A DNA stretch of 64,000 nt from an uncultured delta proteobacterium (lineage in GTDB: Bacteria; Desulfobacterota; Binatia; UBA9968): the NCBI GenBank assembly GCA_963771465.1, contig CAVYTU010000014.1:448001-512000 (forward strand), read 5' to 3'. The translations under genes were made by a program, and so were the position numbers. Under the pieces are notes generated by a model. That model ran no database searches. It worked only from the letters and a program-made list of their open reading frames with translations, and was not told the origin of the DNA. Position 1 is the first letter of the stretch, and each line of letters begins with the position of its first letter. Of the stretch, positions 63,396 to 64,000 are shown one piece after another.

Positions 63396-64000
63396 CTTCG
63401 CTGACATGGGTTTTGTACCAGCTTGAACGCCTAACAATCTCACGATGAGCCTAAGAATCATTGAACTTGTAGACAGCAAAACAACTGTGATCAAGAAGTA
63501 ACCCAGGCTTTGCTGATATTGGTAGGTCGAACTTGCGACAATCATTTGAAATCCGAGGCCGGCAGTCGCACCGAAAAGCTCGCCGACGAGCATCGCAATA
63601 AAAGCAATCGGCAGCGCATTCTCGACGGCAATCATCCCTCGTTGCAGCAAGGGTGCATCTCTGAACGCCCACAAAGTCTGAACAAGCGAAAAGAAAATCA
63701 ACAATCCAACTCCCATCATTTTATAGCCGACGCCAACAACGAAGCCTCTACTCCAACTTATCTCATCCATAAACTGAAAGCAGAAATAAAATATCAGAAT
63801 CCACAAGCCAATCGGCGAGAGAAACGTTGCCGGTAAGATTTTGGCGATCGCGTGTTGAGTCTTCTCGGATCTGTGCATAGCGGTCGATACAGTGAGAGCA
63901 AGTAAACCGCCGAAAAGCACTCCTCCACCGATTTCCTTCAGCGATACAAAAATGCTCCGCCAAGCGTCATGGGTAAATAGCAATTCACTTACTCCTTGAA
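63366..64000 (-). CDS. ABC transporter permease-like membrane protein (5' partial)
   Basis: Multi-TM, ..VGELFGATAGLGF..; frame open to the window edge. Confidence 0.6.
   Translation of the reverse strand, partial: QGVSELLFTHDAWRSIFVSLKEIGGGVLFGGLLALTVSTAMHRSEKTQHAIAKILPATFLSPIGLWILIFYFCFQFMDEISWSRGFVVGVGYKMMGVGLLIFFSLVQTLWAFRDAPLLQRGMIAVENALPIAFIAMLVGELFGATAGLGFQMIVASSTYQYQQSLGYFLITVVLLSTSSMILRLIVRLLGVQAGTKPMSAKLDKFSQFRC

Overview
Chromosomal, GC-rich bacterial DNA. Gene content (DUF4331/ECF module, many CoA-dependent and aromatic-catabolism genes, gyrB-gyrA-gpsA, two copies of an uncharacterised 'EPD..LP.QF' family) resembles Binatota/Deltaproteobacteria-like organisms; that taxonomic call is inference. 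The window holds: queE; a 1892-aa tandem double UvrA; a PLP-decarboxylase/MOSC/EamA cluster; an ECF sigma flanked by two anti-sigma factors and divergent from a DUF4331-TPR-Ni/Co-transporter operon; core genes (thiD, pyrF, proS, ispG, jag-yidC-yidD-rnpA-rpmH, gpsA-gyrA-gyrB) without dnaA/dnaN/recF; a cobalamin island (cobS, nrdAB, tonB, btuBFCD-like, cobQ) with three B12 riboswitches; an acyl-CoA catabolic cluster; and four proteases (HtrA-like, Lon-like, M48, PepF). Many accessory genes carry frameshifts, probably assembly indels. The best non-coding signals are an orphan IS110-type structured RNA segment with no transposase (11860-11992), a ~178-nt rod-shaped 6S-like RNA with a possible conformational switch (55875-56052), a B12 riboswitch with a palindromic repeat inserted in its L5 loop, matched divergent ECF promoters and tandem NrdR boxes. 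I saw no tRNA, rRNA, CRISPR array or intact mobile element. No database searches were run; family names come from motif recognition.
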